A DNA stretch of 64,000 bases from Parcubacteria group bacterium (GCA_016188835.1 JACPHB010000006.1:1877-65876); one strand, 5' to 3'. Positions 26,298-36,736 are shown, counted from the first letter of the stretch. Notes: generated by a model not told the origin, from the letters alone. Program-made: numbers and translations.

Positions 26298-27854
26298 ATG
26301 GCGATTGACATAGACAAAAAAATACCGCCTGATGTTCTGGTTCTCATTTCGGAAGAAGCGGCCAGGTATTATAAGATGATCCCGCTCAACCTTTCCGGCA
26401 ATGTTTTAGATGTCGGATTGGTTAATCCGGGTGATGTCAGGGCGCAGGAAGCGCTCAGTTTTTTAACTTCCAGAAACGGCTTGGCGGCCAGAGTTTTTAA
26501 AATCAGCGAAGAAGATTGGCTGGTTTTGATTAAACAATATGCGGGGATTAAAGAGGAAGTAGGAGAGGCGCTGGAGGGCTTAAGAAAAGAACTGGCGGAA
26601 GAAAAACTTTTATTGCCGGAAATACCAAAAAGTAAAAAAGAAGAAGCGGCGCCGATAATAAGAATGATGGAAACGATTTTAAAGCACGGTATTGAATCCA
26701 AGGCCTCAGATATTCACATTGAGCCGACAATGAAAAAATTAAGAGTCCGTTTTCGTCTTGACGGCACATTGCAAACAGTTGTGGTTTTACCGGTAGAAAT
26801 TGCGCCGGCCATTGTGGCGCGAGTAAAAATTCTCTCAAATCTTCAGATTGACGAGACGCGGAGGCCTCAAGACGGCCGTTTTACCACCAAGTTGGGCGAA
26901 AAAGAAGTTGATTTCAGAGTGGCAATTTTGCCAACGGCCAGAGGCGAAAAAGCGGCGCTTAGAATTTTAGATCCCACCATTGGGCTAAGAACATTGCCGG
27001 AACTCGGCATTATCGGCCGCAACTTGGAGGTTGTTGAAAGGGGAATAAAAAAACCTTTTGGCATGGTACTTATGACAGGGCCGACCGGTTCCGGGAAATC
27101 CACGACTATTTACGGGATTCTCCAAATTCTTAATACTGAATTGGTAAATATTGTCAGCTTGGAGGATCCGGTTGAATATTACGTTGATGGCGTAAATCAA
27201 TCGCAAATCAGACCGGAACTCGGCTATACTTTTGCTTCCGGTTTGCGGCAAATTTTGCGCCAGGATCCGAATATTATTGTTGTTGGAGAAATGCGCGACA
27301 GCGAAACCGCCGGGCTTGCGGTGCAATCGGCTTTGACCGGCCACTTAGTTTTATCTACTTTACACACCAATGATGCCATAGGCGTTATTCCTCGCTTGAT
27401 AGATATGGGAGTTGAACCATTTCTTTTACCCTCGGCTTTAAATGTGGCTTTGGCCCAGCGCTTGGTTAAAAGGTTATGCCCCGATTGCAAAAAAGAGACA
27501 GAACCTTCGGAACCGGTGAAAAAAATTATTTTGGAAGCCATAAATTCCATGCCGGAAATAAACCGGCCAAAGATAAAGTCCGACAAATTTCAAATTTACA
27601 AGCCCCAAGGTTGTCCCAAATGCGGCAATAAGGGCACCAAAGGCCGAATTGCGGTTTTTGAAATTTTAGAGGTGACTCCCCAGATTGAAGAAATAATTAT
27701 TTCCGGGCCTACCGAATCAAAAATTTTAGCCGAGGCTAAGAGGCAGGGGATGGTAACAATGTTTCAAGATGGAATTTTAAAGGTTTTAGATGGTATAATT
27801 GGTTTTGAAGAATTAACTCAAGTTGTCAGTGTCAACGCCGAGGAATCAAAATAA
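26298..27854 (+). CDS. pilB: type IV pilus assembly ATPase PilB (GspE family)
   Basis: N-terminal T2SE_N domain; Walker A VLMTGPTGSGKSTT; C-terminal CPDC..CPKC zinc motif. Confidence 0.9.
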   Translation: MAIDIDKKIPPDVLVLISEEAARYYKMIPLNLSGNVLDVGLVNPGDVRAQEALSFLTSRNGLAARVFKISEEDWLVLIKQYAGIKEEVGEALEGLRKELAEEKLLLPEIPKSKKEEAAPIIRMMETILKHGIESKASDIHIEPTMKKLRVRFRLDGTLQTVVVLPVEIAPAIVARVKILSNLQIDETRRPQDGRFTTKLGEKEVDFRVAILPTARGEKAALRILDPTIGLRTLPELGIIGRNLEVVERGIKKPFGMVLMTGPTGSGKSTTIYGILQILNTELVNIVSLEDPVEYYVDGVNQSQIRPELGYTFASGLRQILRQDPNIIVVGEMRDSETAGLAVQSALTGHLVLSTLHTNDAIGVIPRLIDMGVEPFLLPSALNVALAQRLVKRLCPDCKKETEPSEPVKKIILEAINSMPEINRPKIKSDKFQIYKPQGCPKCGNKGTKGRIAVFEILEVTPQIEEIIISGPTESKILAEAKRQGMVTMFQDGILKVLDGIIGFEELTQVVSVNAEESK

Positions 27855-27923
27855 CGAGTACGAATTACAAATCTGCTACGAATATACAAATTAGTATATT
27901 AGTAAAAATTAGTAATTAGTATT

Positions 27924-28991
27924 ATGTCAACAATAGAACAAGAATTAGAAGATTTACTTTTAAACACCCTAAAGCTTAATGCGTCAGATTTGCATTTAAG
28001 CGTCGGCTATAAACCGGCCGTGAGAGTTGACGGAAATCTTTTGCCGCTTGAGGACTTTTCGGTTTTAACGGCCGAACACGCGGGAGAATTGGCTTTTTCG
28101 CTTTTAGGGGAAAGAAAAGATGTTTTCCTTGAAAAAAAGGAAATCGATTTTTCTTACGCTTTTCGCGATCTGGCCCGTTTTCGCGTCAATGTTTTTTTGG
28201 AAAAAGGGTTTATAAGCAGCGCTTTAAGATTGATACCTTCAAAAATAAGAACCCTGGGAGAGCTTAATCTGCCCCCGGCGCTTCATAAAATTTCTAAATT
28301 AAAACAGGGCTTCATTTTGTTAACCGGTCCGTCCGGCCATGGCAAATCAACCACCTTGGCGGCGTTAATTGACGAAATTAACCACGAGCGAGCTGAACAC
28401 ATTATAACCATTGAAGATCCGATTGAATATCTTTTTGTCGGAAATAAATCAATTGTTAATCAAAGAGAAATCGGTAACGACACAAAAAGTTTCCATAATG
28501 CTTTAAGCTCTATTTTGAGAGAAGATCCTAACGTTATTATGATTGGAGAAATGCGGGATCCGGAAACTATCGCTGTTGCTTTGACAGCGGCCGAAACTGG
28601 TCATCTTGTGCTTTCATCTCTTCATACAAATAATGCCAGCCAGACCGTTGATCGGATTATTGACGTTTTCCCTCCGGAGCAGCAAAATCAAATTCGGCTT
28701 CAGCTCGCCAACACTCTTTCGGCCATAATTTCCCAGCGGCTTTTGCCCCGCATTTCCGGCGGCCGCATACCGGCGACCGAAATTATGTTCAGCAATAGCG
28801 CCGTCAGCAACTTAATTCGCGAGGCCAAGGCCCATCAAATTGATTTGGTTATTGAAACATCGCTTGAAAACGGCATGATGTCTTTAAATCGCAATTTAGA
28901 TGAATTGATACGCCGAGGCGAAATAACGTCGGAAGTGGCCATGGCCTACACTCTTAATCCGACCGAACTTCAAACACGAATTAATCAATAA
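27924..28991 (+). CDS. pilT: twitching-motility / pilus-retraction ATPase PilT
   Basis: Walker A LLTGPSGHGKSTT; 355 aa PilT architecture. Confidence 0.9.
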   Translation: MSTIEQELEDLLLNTLKLNASDLHLSVGYKPAVRVDGNLLPLEDFSVLTAEHAGELAFSLLGERKDVFLEKKEIDFSYAFRDLARFRVNVFLEKGFISSALRLIPSKIRTLGELNLPPALHKISKLKQGFILLTGPSGHGKSTTLAALIDEINHERAEHIITIEDPIEYLFVGNKSIVNQREIGNDTKSFHNALSSILREDPNVIMIGEMRDPETIAVALTAAETGHLVLSSLHTNNASQTVDRIIDVFPPEQQNQIRLQLANTLSAIISQRLLPRISGGRIPATEIMFSNSAVSNLIREAKAHQIDLVIETSLENGMMSLNRNLDELIRRGEITSEVAMAYTLNPTELQTRINQ

Positions 28992-29007
28992 TTTTAAATA
29001 TTTCAAA

Positions 29008-30237
29008 ATGGCGAAATTTCAATATACCGCAAGGAATAAAGAAGGAAAATCGGAATCCGATATCGCGGAGGCTTCGTCGCTTGAAGCGGCTATTTCAATG
29101 CTGCAGAACCAGCAATTAGTTATTATTGAAATCAAGCCGTTTATAGAAGCGGAATATCTGAATTTGAATATATTTACAAAACAGATTGCTGCTTTTTTTA
29201 ATAGGATTAAAAGCGAAGATATTGTTCTTTTTAGTAAGCAATTAGCAATTTTAATTCAGGCAAAGGTTCCTTTGGTCCAATCGCTTAGGGTTTTAACAAA
29301 ACAGACCGAAAATCCAAATTTTTCCAATATTATTAACGCTGTGGCTGACGATGTCGATGCCGGAATGATATTTTCAAGAGCTTTATCAAAATATCCCGCG
29401 GTCTTTTCTAATTTTTTTATTCAAATGACACGATCGGGTGAAATTTCCGGCCGCTTGGAAGAGACCTTAACTTATCTTTCCGATTATATTAATAAACAAT
29501 ATCTTTTAAATTCTAAGGCCAAAGGAGCGATGATTTATCCGGCTTTTATTGTTGGCGCGTTTATTATCGTTGGCGTATTGATGCTGATTTTTGTCGTTCC
29601 TAATTTAACTTCAATTTTGGTGGAGTCGGGCCAACAACTACCTTTTGTTACCCGTCTTCTAATAGGGACGGCCAATTTTACCAAAAACTGGGGCTGGATC
29701 GTATTTATAATTTTAGGCGCTATGATTTATTTTATTCGGGCTTCTATTAAAAAATCTCCGGAATGGCGATATACTTATGATGGGTTAAAATTGCGTTTTC
29801 CGATTTTTGGCGAACTCTTAAAAAAAATATATCTGGCGCGTTTTTCAGAAACATTGTCAACGCTTTCTTCGGCCGGTATTGCCATTAGTCAGTCGCTTGA
29901 AATAACGGCTGACGTAGTCGGCAATTCGGTTTATAAACGGATTATCCTTGAAGCCGATGAAGCGGTTCGCAAAGGAAGTAATATCAGTGTGGTTTTTGCC
30001 CGTTATCAGCAAATCCTGCCGATGGTTACCCAAATGATATCAATCGGCGAGCAAACCGGAAAACTTGACTCCATTCTTAAACAAATATCGGCTTTTTTTA
30101 CCGAAGAAGTTAATAGGGCTTTCGATAATATCGTCAATCTTATTGAACCAATTTTAATTGTAGTGTTAGGGGCGGGTGTGGGTATCTTAGTTGCGGCGAT
30201 TTTGCTTCCGATATATAATTTAGTTAATGCGTTTTAA
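29008..30237 (+). CDS. pilC: type IV pilus inner-membrane platform protein PilC (GspF family)
   Basis: Two T2SSF repeats; 3-4 TM helices; 409 aa. Confidence 0.85.
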   Translation: MAKFQYTARNKEGKSESDIAEASSLEAAISMLQNQQLVIIEIKPFIEAEYLNLNIFTKQIAAFFNRIKSEDIVLFSKQLAILIQAKVPLVQSLRVLTKQTENPNFSNIINAVADDVDAGMIFSRALSKYPAVFSNFFIQMTRSGEISGRLEETLTYLSDYINKQYLLNSKAKGAMIYPAFIVGAFIIVGVLMLIFVVPNLTSILVESGQQLPFVTRLLIGTANFTKNWGWIVFIILGAMIYFIRASIKKSPEWRYTYDGLKLRFPIFGELLKKIYLARFSETLSTLSSAGIAISQSLEITADVVGNSVYKRIILEADEAVRKGSNISVVFARYQQILPMVTQMISIGEQTGKLDSILKQISAFFTEEVNRAFDNIVNLIEPILIVVLGAGVGILVAAILLPIYNLVNAF

Positions 30238-30261
30238 AAAATCCTATAAGCCCTATAGGTC

Positions 30262-30290
30262 GTATAGGTCGTATAGGTCGATTAAAATTA
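30262..30290. repeat. tandem repeat (tataggtcg) x3 preceded by palindrome cctata-agccc-tatagg, upstream of the major pilin gene
   Basis: Seen directly in the sequence; lies in the pilC-pilin intergenic region. Confidence 0.7.
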
Positions 30291-30306
30291 ATTAAAAATA
30301 AAATTT

Positions 30307-30855
30307 ATGTTTAAAAATAAAAAAGAAAAAGAGCTTGCCCTGAGTTCATCGAAGGGTTTCACTCTTTTGGAACTTTTAGTTGTTATAGGCATTATTGGGC
30401 TTTTAGCATCAATTCTGGTGCTTAATTTAACTAGCGCCAGAAGAAGAGCCAGGGACACAAAAAGAGTTGCCGATGTCAGAAATCTTCAGACCGCGACAGA
30501 GGATTATTTTGGCAAGAACGGCAAATATCCCGCTACAATTGCCAATTTGGTTTCCGATGGCCATATACCTGTATGGCCGCTTGATCCTTTGGCTCCGACG
30601 GGGACAAGCTGTTCCGGGAACAATGATAACTGTTATTACTATGCCATTTATCCGGCAACAAATCCCTATTCATACCACTTTGGAGCAAGTATGGAAGATA
30701 CGGGCAGTCAGCTTTTAAATCAGGACCGGGATTGCAATTCTATTACCGGCGCCGGCTGTCCTTACACCAGTCCTTACACCAACAACTTTAACGGCGGTGA
30801 TACAACAGGATGCGGCGGGGCGACAAACAGATACTGTTATGATATTGCTCAGTAG
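30307..30855 (+). CDS. pilA: type IV major pilin (prepilin with class III signal peptide KGFTLLELLVVIGIIGLLA)
   Basis: Prepilin cleavage/methylation motif G|FTLLE; Cys-rich C-terminal D-region. Confidence 0.8.
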   Translation: MFKNKKEKELALSSSKGFTLLELLVVIGIIGLLASILVLNLTSARRRARDTKRVADVRNLQTATEDYFGKNGKYPATIANLVSDGHIPVWPLDPLAPTGTSCSGNNDNCYYYAIYPATNPYSYHFGASMEDTGSQLLNQDRDCNSITGAGCPYTSPYTNNFNGGDTTGCGGATNRYCYDIAQ

Positions 30856-31669
30856 TTTTGTATTCGGGCTTGTTTTTGGAAGTTTTTTGAACGTTGTGAT
30901 TTATCGCCTTAAGAGCGGTCGGAATATAGTTTTCGACCGCTCTTTCTGTTCCGATTGTCTAACTCAATTAAAATGGCACGATTTAGTGCCAATTTTAAGT
31001 TTTATTTGGCTTCTGGGACGATGCCGTTATTGTAAGAAAAAAATTTCTTGGCAATACCCTGTTGTTGAAATTTTATCAGGGCTGATTTGGGTTGGTGTTT
31101 TTTATCAAAATTTCAACAATTTACAATTGTTTAATATTTTTTATCAAATTTTCACTTTTTCCATTTTTCTGGTTATTGCAGTTTATGATTTTAAATGGAA
31201 AATAATTCCTGATAAAATCGTCTATCCGGCGATTATTATTGTTTTTTTATATAATATTTTTAACTCTGTAAATGTTGGAAATGTAAATGTTGGAAACCGA
31301 GTTTCTAACATTTTTAAATATATAAATATTGAAATATTTATATATCCGCTTTTAACCGCCATTATCGTATTTTTGTTTTTTTTCGCAATCTATTATTTTT
31401 CTTCCGGCCGTGCCATGGGCCTCGGCGACGCTAAGCTAGCGTTTTTAATTGGTTTGTTTTTTAGTCCAGTATCCACAGTCGCGGCCTTAATTGCGGCTTT
31501 TGTTATTGGCGCCGTTTTTGGTATAATCTTATTAGCGCTTGGCGCAATCTTTCCTCGTTATAAAAAATGGGGGATGAAAAGCCAAATCGCTTTCGGCCCC
31601 TTTTTAGTTATCGGCGCTACTATTGCTTTTTTCTTTTCAAACTTTATTTATAAGTTTATAAATTTTTAA
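30839..31669 (+). CDS. pilD: prepilin peptidase PilD (A24 family) with N-terminal zinc-binding CxxC..CxxC
   Basis: FGSFLNVVIYRL..CSDC..CRYC; polytopic; start at MILLSSF overlaps the last 17 nt of the pilin gene. Confidence 0.85.
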   Translation: MILLSSFVFGLVFGSFLNVVIYRLKSGRNIVFDRSFCSDCLTQLKWHDLVPILSFIWLLGRCRYCKKKISWQYPVVEILSGLIWVGVFYQNFNNLQLFNIFYQIFTFSIFLVIAVYDFKWKIIPDKIVYPAIIIVFLYNIFNSVNVGNVNVGNRVSNIFKYINIEIFIYPLLTAIIVFLFFFAIYYFSSGRAMGLGDAKLAFLIGLFFSPVSTVAALIAAFVIGAVFGIILLALGAIFPRYKKWGMKSQIAFGPFLVIGATIAFFFSNFIYKFINF

Positions 31670-31671
31670 AT

Positions 31672-32181
31672 ATGTTTCAACGAAATCAAGAAGGATTCAC
31701 ATTAATAGAACTTCTGGTGGCTGTTGGCATCATTGGCCTTCTGGCGGCCATTATTACGATAAATATCCAATCTGTCCGTCAGAAAGCCCGTTGCGCCAAA
31801 CGCCGCGCCGATATAACTTCAGTCCAGGTTCCTTTGGAGGCCTATTACGATGCTCAAATCCCAAAAGCCTATCCCAACACCGCCGGTGAATGGTGGGGCA
31901 TTAATCCCTCTTATGGCGGCCACGATGTTACCGGCAGTGACGGCTGGATTCCCAATCTGGCTCCGACATATATTAAGCGCCTTCCAAGCGACCCGAATGA
32001 TAGTGGTACTACAAGAACATATCTTTATAAATCGGATGCGTCAAACTATAAAGTTTTATCATATTATCCCAACACCGATGGCTGTACTTTGGGTGATTCA
32101 AAAGACACTCTTTATGATCCGGTAAGAACCACTTATGCTTGGATGGTTTGCTCCGGCGAACCTGCCTGTAGCACTTGGTAA
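31672..32181 (+). CDS. prepilin-type N-terminal cleavage/methylation domain protein (minor pilin / pseudopilin)
   Basis: EGFTLIELLVAVGIIGLLAAI. Confidence 0.7.
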   Translation: MFQRNQEGFTLIELLVAVGIIGLLAAIITINIQSVRQKARCAKRRADITSVQVPLEAYYDAQIPKAYPNTAGEWWGINPSYGGHDVTGSDGWIPNLAPTYIKRLPSDPNDSGTTRTYLYKSDASNYKVLSYYPNTDGCTLGDSKDTLYDPVRTTYAWMVCSGEPACSTW

Positions 32182-32205
32182 AAAACATTTAGTATAATTT
32201 AAAAT

Positions 32206-32628
32206 ATGAAAAAAAATAAAAAAAAAGATGATTATATTTTGATAATTTCAGCTGTTTTCCTTTTGATTTTAAGCGGATTTTTGATTTTTTCATTTTCATC
32301 TAATCGATTTTTTCCGCCATTACCAACCGCAAATATTATCGGCGAAGCATCTTTAACTATAGATTTTGGCAATGGTGAAAGGCGCGCCTTTAAAGGCGAA
32401 ATAGTTGAGAATGAAAATCTTATGAGCGTTTTAAATCAGGCCGCAAAAGCGGGAAATCTGCGTTATAAATTGGATGAAGGGAATAATGTTGCTACTATTG
32501 AAAATTTTACTGCGAATAAAACAAAAACATGGCAATGGCATATCAATGGTAAAAAAGTTGAAAAACCATTTTATGAAATTATTGTAAATCCTAGTGATGA
32601 AATTTTGATAAAATATGCTCAAAAATAA
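32206..32628 (+). CDS. small membrane-anchored protein in the pilin cluster, hypothetical
   Basis: N-terminal TM; no clear G|FT motif. Confidence 0.4.
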   Translation: MKKNKKKDDYILIISAVFLLILSGFLIFSFSSNRFFPPLPTANIIGEASLTIDFGNGERRAFKGEIVENENLMSVLNQAAKAGNLRYKLDEGNNVATIENFTANKTKTWQWHINGKKVEKPFYEIIVNPSDEILIKYAQK

Positions 32629-33151
32629 TATCCCAAAAGGATTTACTCTCATTGAGATACTGGTTGTTTTAGCGATCATTGTTATTATTACGAGCGTTGT
32701 TATTTTTAATATCGGATCAGAGCGGCAAAATTCGGCGCTTTTAAGATCAGTTCAAAAACTTTCTTTAGATTTGCGCCGAGCCCAATCTTTCGCGCTTTCT
32801 TCAAAAGTTTTTAAGACCATTGGTATTCCCTGCGGTTGGGGCGTACACTTTAACGGTATGGGTTCAGATAATTATGTAATTTTTGCCGATTTAGCTTTAA
32901 ATCCGAATTGTTCTGACAGAGATTTTATAAGAGCCGCTGATGGTTCCGAAGATTTTGAAACCATATATTTAGAATCAGGAATAACGGTTAACAGTTTAAG
33001 CAGTGGTCTTAGCGACATTGTTTTCACGCCTCCGGAACCAACTGTAACATTTACTCCAGCTCAAACGTCATCGAGTATCACTTTAATCAACATAAATTCT
33101 GTAACTCGCGCGATTAATATTAATAAAACCGGATTTATTTCATCACCATGA
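32615..33151 (+). CDS. prepilin-type minor pilin
   Basis: KGFTLIEILVVLAIIVIITS. Confidence 0.7.
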   Translation: MLKNNIPKGFTLIEILVVLAIIVIITSVVIFNIGSERQNSALLRSVQKLSLDLRRAQSFALSSKVFKTIGIPCGWGVHFNGMGSDNYVIFADLALNPNCSDRDFIRAADGSEDFETIYLESGITVNSLSSGLSDIVFTPPEPTVTFTPAQTSSSITLININSVTRAININKTGFISSP

Positions 33152-33612
33152 GGGGATTTACTTTAATCGAGACCATAGTAGCGGTTGGCATTATTGTAAT
33201 TGGATTAGTTGCGGCTTTAACGTTAATAACTAATTCTCTTTTTTACGTTTCCAATATTGGCGATCGTTTAATTGCCGCCAATTTAACAGCCGAAGGCTTA
33301 GAGGTGGTTAGAAATATCAGAGATAACAACTGGCTTCAAAGTTTGTCTTGGAATAATGGTCTTGCTAATGGAGATTACCAGGCCTCGTATAATTCAATTG
33401 CTCTCTTTCCATATACCGGCGATTCGCTTTTATTTGATTCCGCCAGCGGACTTTATAGTTATAGTTCTGGTATAAATACTCCCTATATAAGGAAAATTTC
33501 TATCTCCAATCTTTCGGGTTATGAAATTCGCATTATTTCTACCGTAACTTGGCAAAGGAGAGGTATTACTTACAGTAATTCTGCGGAAAACCATCTTTTT
33601 AATTGGAAATAA
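33148..33612 (+). CDS. prepilin-type minor pilin
   Basis: MRGFTLIETIVAVGIIVIGL; overlapping start/stop. Confidence 0.7.
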   Translation: MRGFTLIETIVAVGIIVIGLVAALTLITNSLFYVSNIGDRLIAANLTAEGLEVVRNIRDNNWLQSLSWNNGLANGDYQASYNSIALFPYTGDSLLFDSASGLYSYSSGINTPYIRKISISNLSGYEIRIISTVTWQRRGITYSNSAENHLFNWK

Positions 33613-33613
33613 A

Positions 33614-34123
33614 ATGCCTAAAATTAAAAATTACAATAAAGAAAACGGTTTGACGATGATAGAACTAATAGTCGCTATCGGTGTTTTTGGTTTAGTTGTT
33701 GGAATGACCGTCGGTATTTTTGTATTGTCAATTATTAGCCAGCGCCGCATTATTGCTTTGAGAAACGCAGAAGATAATATTCGGTTTGCTGTTGAGGCAA
33801 TGGCAAGAGAAATGAAAACGGGAAAAAATTTCAGCGGAGGAGGCAGTTCGGTTTCTTTTACCAATGCCAAAGGAGAGGCGACTGTTTACCGTTTAAATAG
33901 CAATATTATTGAAAAATCTTCTGATGGGGGAGTAAGTTATTCAGCTGTTAGCGGCGCCGAAGTAATAGTTGATTATTTAAATTTTTATTTAATGGGCCAG
34001 GCAATTAGCGATGGTTTAGAACCGAGGGTTACTATTGCGATTGGCGTTACAAGTATTGTTGGCAGTCAAACTGCTAATTTAAAAATTCAAACAACAATTA
34101 GCGAAAGATTATTGCAGAATTAA
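33614..34123 (+). CDS. prepilin-type minor pilin
   Basis: NGLTMIELIVAIGVFGLVVG. Confidence 0.6.
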   Translation: MPKIKNYNKENGLTMIELIVAIGVFGLVVGMTVGIFVLSIISQRRIIALRNAEDNIRFAVEAMAREMKTGKNFSGGGSSVSFTNAKGEATVYRLNSNIIEKSSDGGVSYSAVSGAEVIVDYLNFYLMGQAISDGLEPRVTIAIGVTSIVGSQTANLKIQTTISERLLQN

Positions 34124-34500
34124 TGGCATTTTTTTCAATATTATTTATGAAAAAATTTCAAAACAATAAACAGAATATCGCTCAAAATGGTATCGCGCTT
34201 CTTTTAACAGTAGTAATTTTGTCTATTGTAACCCTAATTGCTGTTTTAATCGCTAATATTGTGATCGTTCAACTAAAGTTAGCTAAAGATATCGGCGATT
34301 CTCAAGTGGCAATTTATGCCGCTGATTCCGGGGTTGAATGGCAATTATATCAAATTAAAAAAGGCGTTTCAGTTGCTTCTCCGGTAATGTTAAATGGATC
34401 TACTGTTGTTACTACGGTTACCGGTGTAGCGCCCAGTTTTACTATAAAATCTCTCGGCTCATACCAATCAGTAAAACGTCAATTTGAGGTAAGTTTTTAG
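34123..34500 (+). CDS. PilX-like / pilin-like membrane protein, hypothetical
   Basis: Hydrophobic N-terminus QNGIALLLTVVILSIVTLIA; last gene of the pilin cluster. Confidence 0.4.
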   Translation: MAFFSILFMKKFQNNKQNIAQNGIALLLTVVILSIVTLIAVLIANIVIVQLKLAKDIGDSQVAIYAADSGVEWQLYQIKKGVSVASPVMLNGSTVVTTVTGVAPSFTIKSLGSYQSVKRQFEVSF

Positions 34501-34592
34501 CTTATCCACAGTTCAATAGCTGCGAAGCGTTTTTATTTTTGGTATAATAAAACAGTGTTTTTACATATCGCAACTGCGATAACTCTCACATT

Positions 34593-35162
34593 ATGATCGA
34601 AAACGAAAATAAATATTTATCGCTTAAAACCGCGGCCGGATTATATGGCTATACCCGGGATCATTTAGGCCTTATGATAAGACAAGGCAAGCTTCAAGGA
34701 CTAAAATTGGGGAGCTATTATGTTACAACGAATGATTGGATGATAGACTACCTAAAAAAATATGCCGATTTGGATCACTCTCATGTTAAAGGTAAATTTT
34801 CAAATAAATTTTTAACACAAGTTTTTAACGCGAAAGAAAATAAAAAAAATAAAGAAAATAAAATTTCTTCCGGTGGTATTAGTGAAGAAAAAAACAAAGC
34901 GCTTCAAAAAAACATTTCAAATAAACTCGAAGACGATTTTTTTGGAAATATAAACAAAGAATTATTGCCTTCTCTGCGAGAATTATCCGCGGCTCAAGTA
35001 AAAACCAGCATCTCTTCTGTTTCTTCTGCTGTAAGCTATATAAATTCTGGCAATCCATATGTAATTTTACCGATAAGACAAATGGAAGAATCGGAGCGAG
35101 AAAATATTCTTAAAAAAATTTCTGATTGCGATAGATCAAAAAACGAACAAGAAGCAGTATAA
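34593..35162 (+). CDS. HTH_17-like (excisionase-type) DNA-binding domain protein; paralogue of the partial gene at 63379
   Basis: N-terminal YLSLKTAAGLYGYTRDHLGLMIRQGKLQGLKLGSYYVTTNDWMIDYLKKY aligns with the 63379 ORF; low-complexity K/N/E-rich tail. Confidence 0.5.
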   Translation: MIENENKYLSLKTAAGLYGYTRDHLGLMIRQGKLQGLKLGSYYVTTNDWMIDYLKKYADLDHSHVKGKFSNKFLTQVFNAKENKKNKENKISSGGISEEKNKALQKNISNKLEDDFFGNINKELLPSLRELSAAQVKTSISSVSSAVSYINSGNPYVILPIRQMEESERENILKKISDCDRSKNEQEAV

Positions 35163-35334
35163 GTGGTCTAAGCGGCAAAAATAATAAATACAACTGAAAT
35201 AATAAAATATATAAAAATTTTTCGGAATACATCCATCAATGAACAAGCCGGAAAATGGCTACCATGGCTAAATTTTATCCGTCCAACCGGCGAATTGCGG
35301 TTATTGCTACGGTAGATTCAAAATAATAAATAAA

Positions 35335-35520
35335 TCATTTTCCTCGCCCCGCATACAACTTGTTGTTGTGCGGGGCTCGCGCTCTCGGTCGCCCAGCGAC
35401 TCCCTCGCTGTCCGATGAAAGCGTTTTATTCAAAATGCAGGTATAATTCCGATCGGAATTAAACATGCATTTTGAAACCATGCTAAAACGCTTTCATAAG
35501 CTTCGGAAAATAATTTATTT
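35335..35520. repeat. structured repeat element copy B (homologous to 21161-21300) with two extra internal hairpin inserts; part of an 866-bp ORF-free island
   Basis: Shared blocks attttcctcgc / cgctctcggtcgcccagcg..ctcgctgtccgatgaaagcgttttattc / aaaccatgctaaaacgctttcataagcttcggaaaat. Confidence 0.6.
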
Positions 35521-36124
35521 GTCATTTCTAGGAACTCTCGGAGCTCTGCGAGCTGGTATCGTTAGAGATTTATCTCTGATGATATTGGTCTCGCCGTAGG
35601 CGAGTCGCAGAGCGAGAGTGAATGCGATTCGCCGCTGGAGCGAAGTGACATGTTTCTAAGAAATGATATTGGCAGGCGAAAAAACACATTTAGTGTTTAT
35701 AAGTTGTTAACAGAATGTTTAAAGATTGTTAAGAAGATGTTATTAAGTCCGACGCAAGGTTGGACTCCGATTCTTACTTTGTGAGACGTCGGAGTTATCC
35801 ACAGATGACGAATTTAATGTAAAATCAAAAACGGTGTCAAGATCAAATTTTAGCGGCAATTTTTGGTTAAATAATATCAAACAAAAATTTTCATAATTTA
35901 AAATAATATATCGCAAATTTTCGGCTTAATAACGAAATTATTTCGCGAGATGCGTTATGCTGGTTGAAGTATTAAATTGATTTTAAATTTTTAATATTTT
36001 CCAATAATTAATTGAAATTATACACAATTTGATTTTGATACTTTTATTAGTTATGATAAATAATCATCTTATGACTAAGAAGAAACATTTATTAAAAGAA
36101 ACTGCCACCGAGCATTATTCCCAC

Positions 36125-36736
36125 ATGAAGTATAAGATTTGCGTTTCGGGGGCGGCGGAGATCGAACATTGTGGCCAAAACGCTCTGGAATTAGCCGAAC
36201 AAATGGGGCGTGAGATTGTGTGCAATAACGGCGTGGTTTTAACGGGCGCCACTACTGGTATTCCTTACTTTGCAGCGCGCGGCGCCAAAGAAGCTGGCGG
36301 GATTTCTATAGGTTTGTCGCCGGCGGCTACAGAGAGAGCTCACGTCAGAAGTTATCATTTGCCCACCGATTTTTTTGATTTGATTATTTATACCGGTTTT
36401 GATTATTCCGGACGCAACCTGCTTCTCACTCGTAGCGCCGATGCCGTAATTTTAATTTGCGGCCGCATGGGCACTTTGAATGAATTTACCATCGCTTTTG
36501 AAGACAAAAAGCCAATCGGAATTCTCGAAGGAACCGGTGGCACTGCCGATATGATAAGAGAGATTGTTAAAAAATCTCATCGTGGTTTCGGAAAAATTGT
36601 TTATGATTCGGATCCTAAACGACTTTTAGAAAAACTTCTGAAGTTAATTAAAAAAGAAAAAGTTGTTCTTGTGAAAGAAGAGTTAAAGAACCATAACGCT
36701 AAACACGGAAAAAATAACAGTTATGGCCGAGAATAA
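36125..36736 (+). CDS. LOG/TIGR00725-family Rossmann-fold nucleotide-binding protein (lysine-decarboxylase-like)
   Basis: KICVSGAAE ... GGISIGL ... PGGTGTLNE-like pattern (GRMGTLNEF); ORF opens at 36029 but the conserved domain starts at the Met at 36125. Confidence 0.6.
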   Translation: MKYKICVSGAAEIEHCGQNALELAEQMGREIVCNNGVVLTGATTGIPYFAARGAKEAGGISIGLSPAATERAHVRSYHLPTDFFDLIIYTGFDYSGRNLLLTRSADAVILICGRMGTLNEFTIAFEDKKPIGILEGTGGTADMIREIVKKSHRGFGKIVYDSDPKRLLEKLLKLIKKEKVVLVKEELKNHNAKHGKNNSYGRE

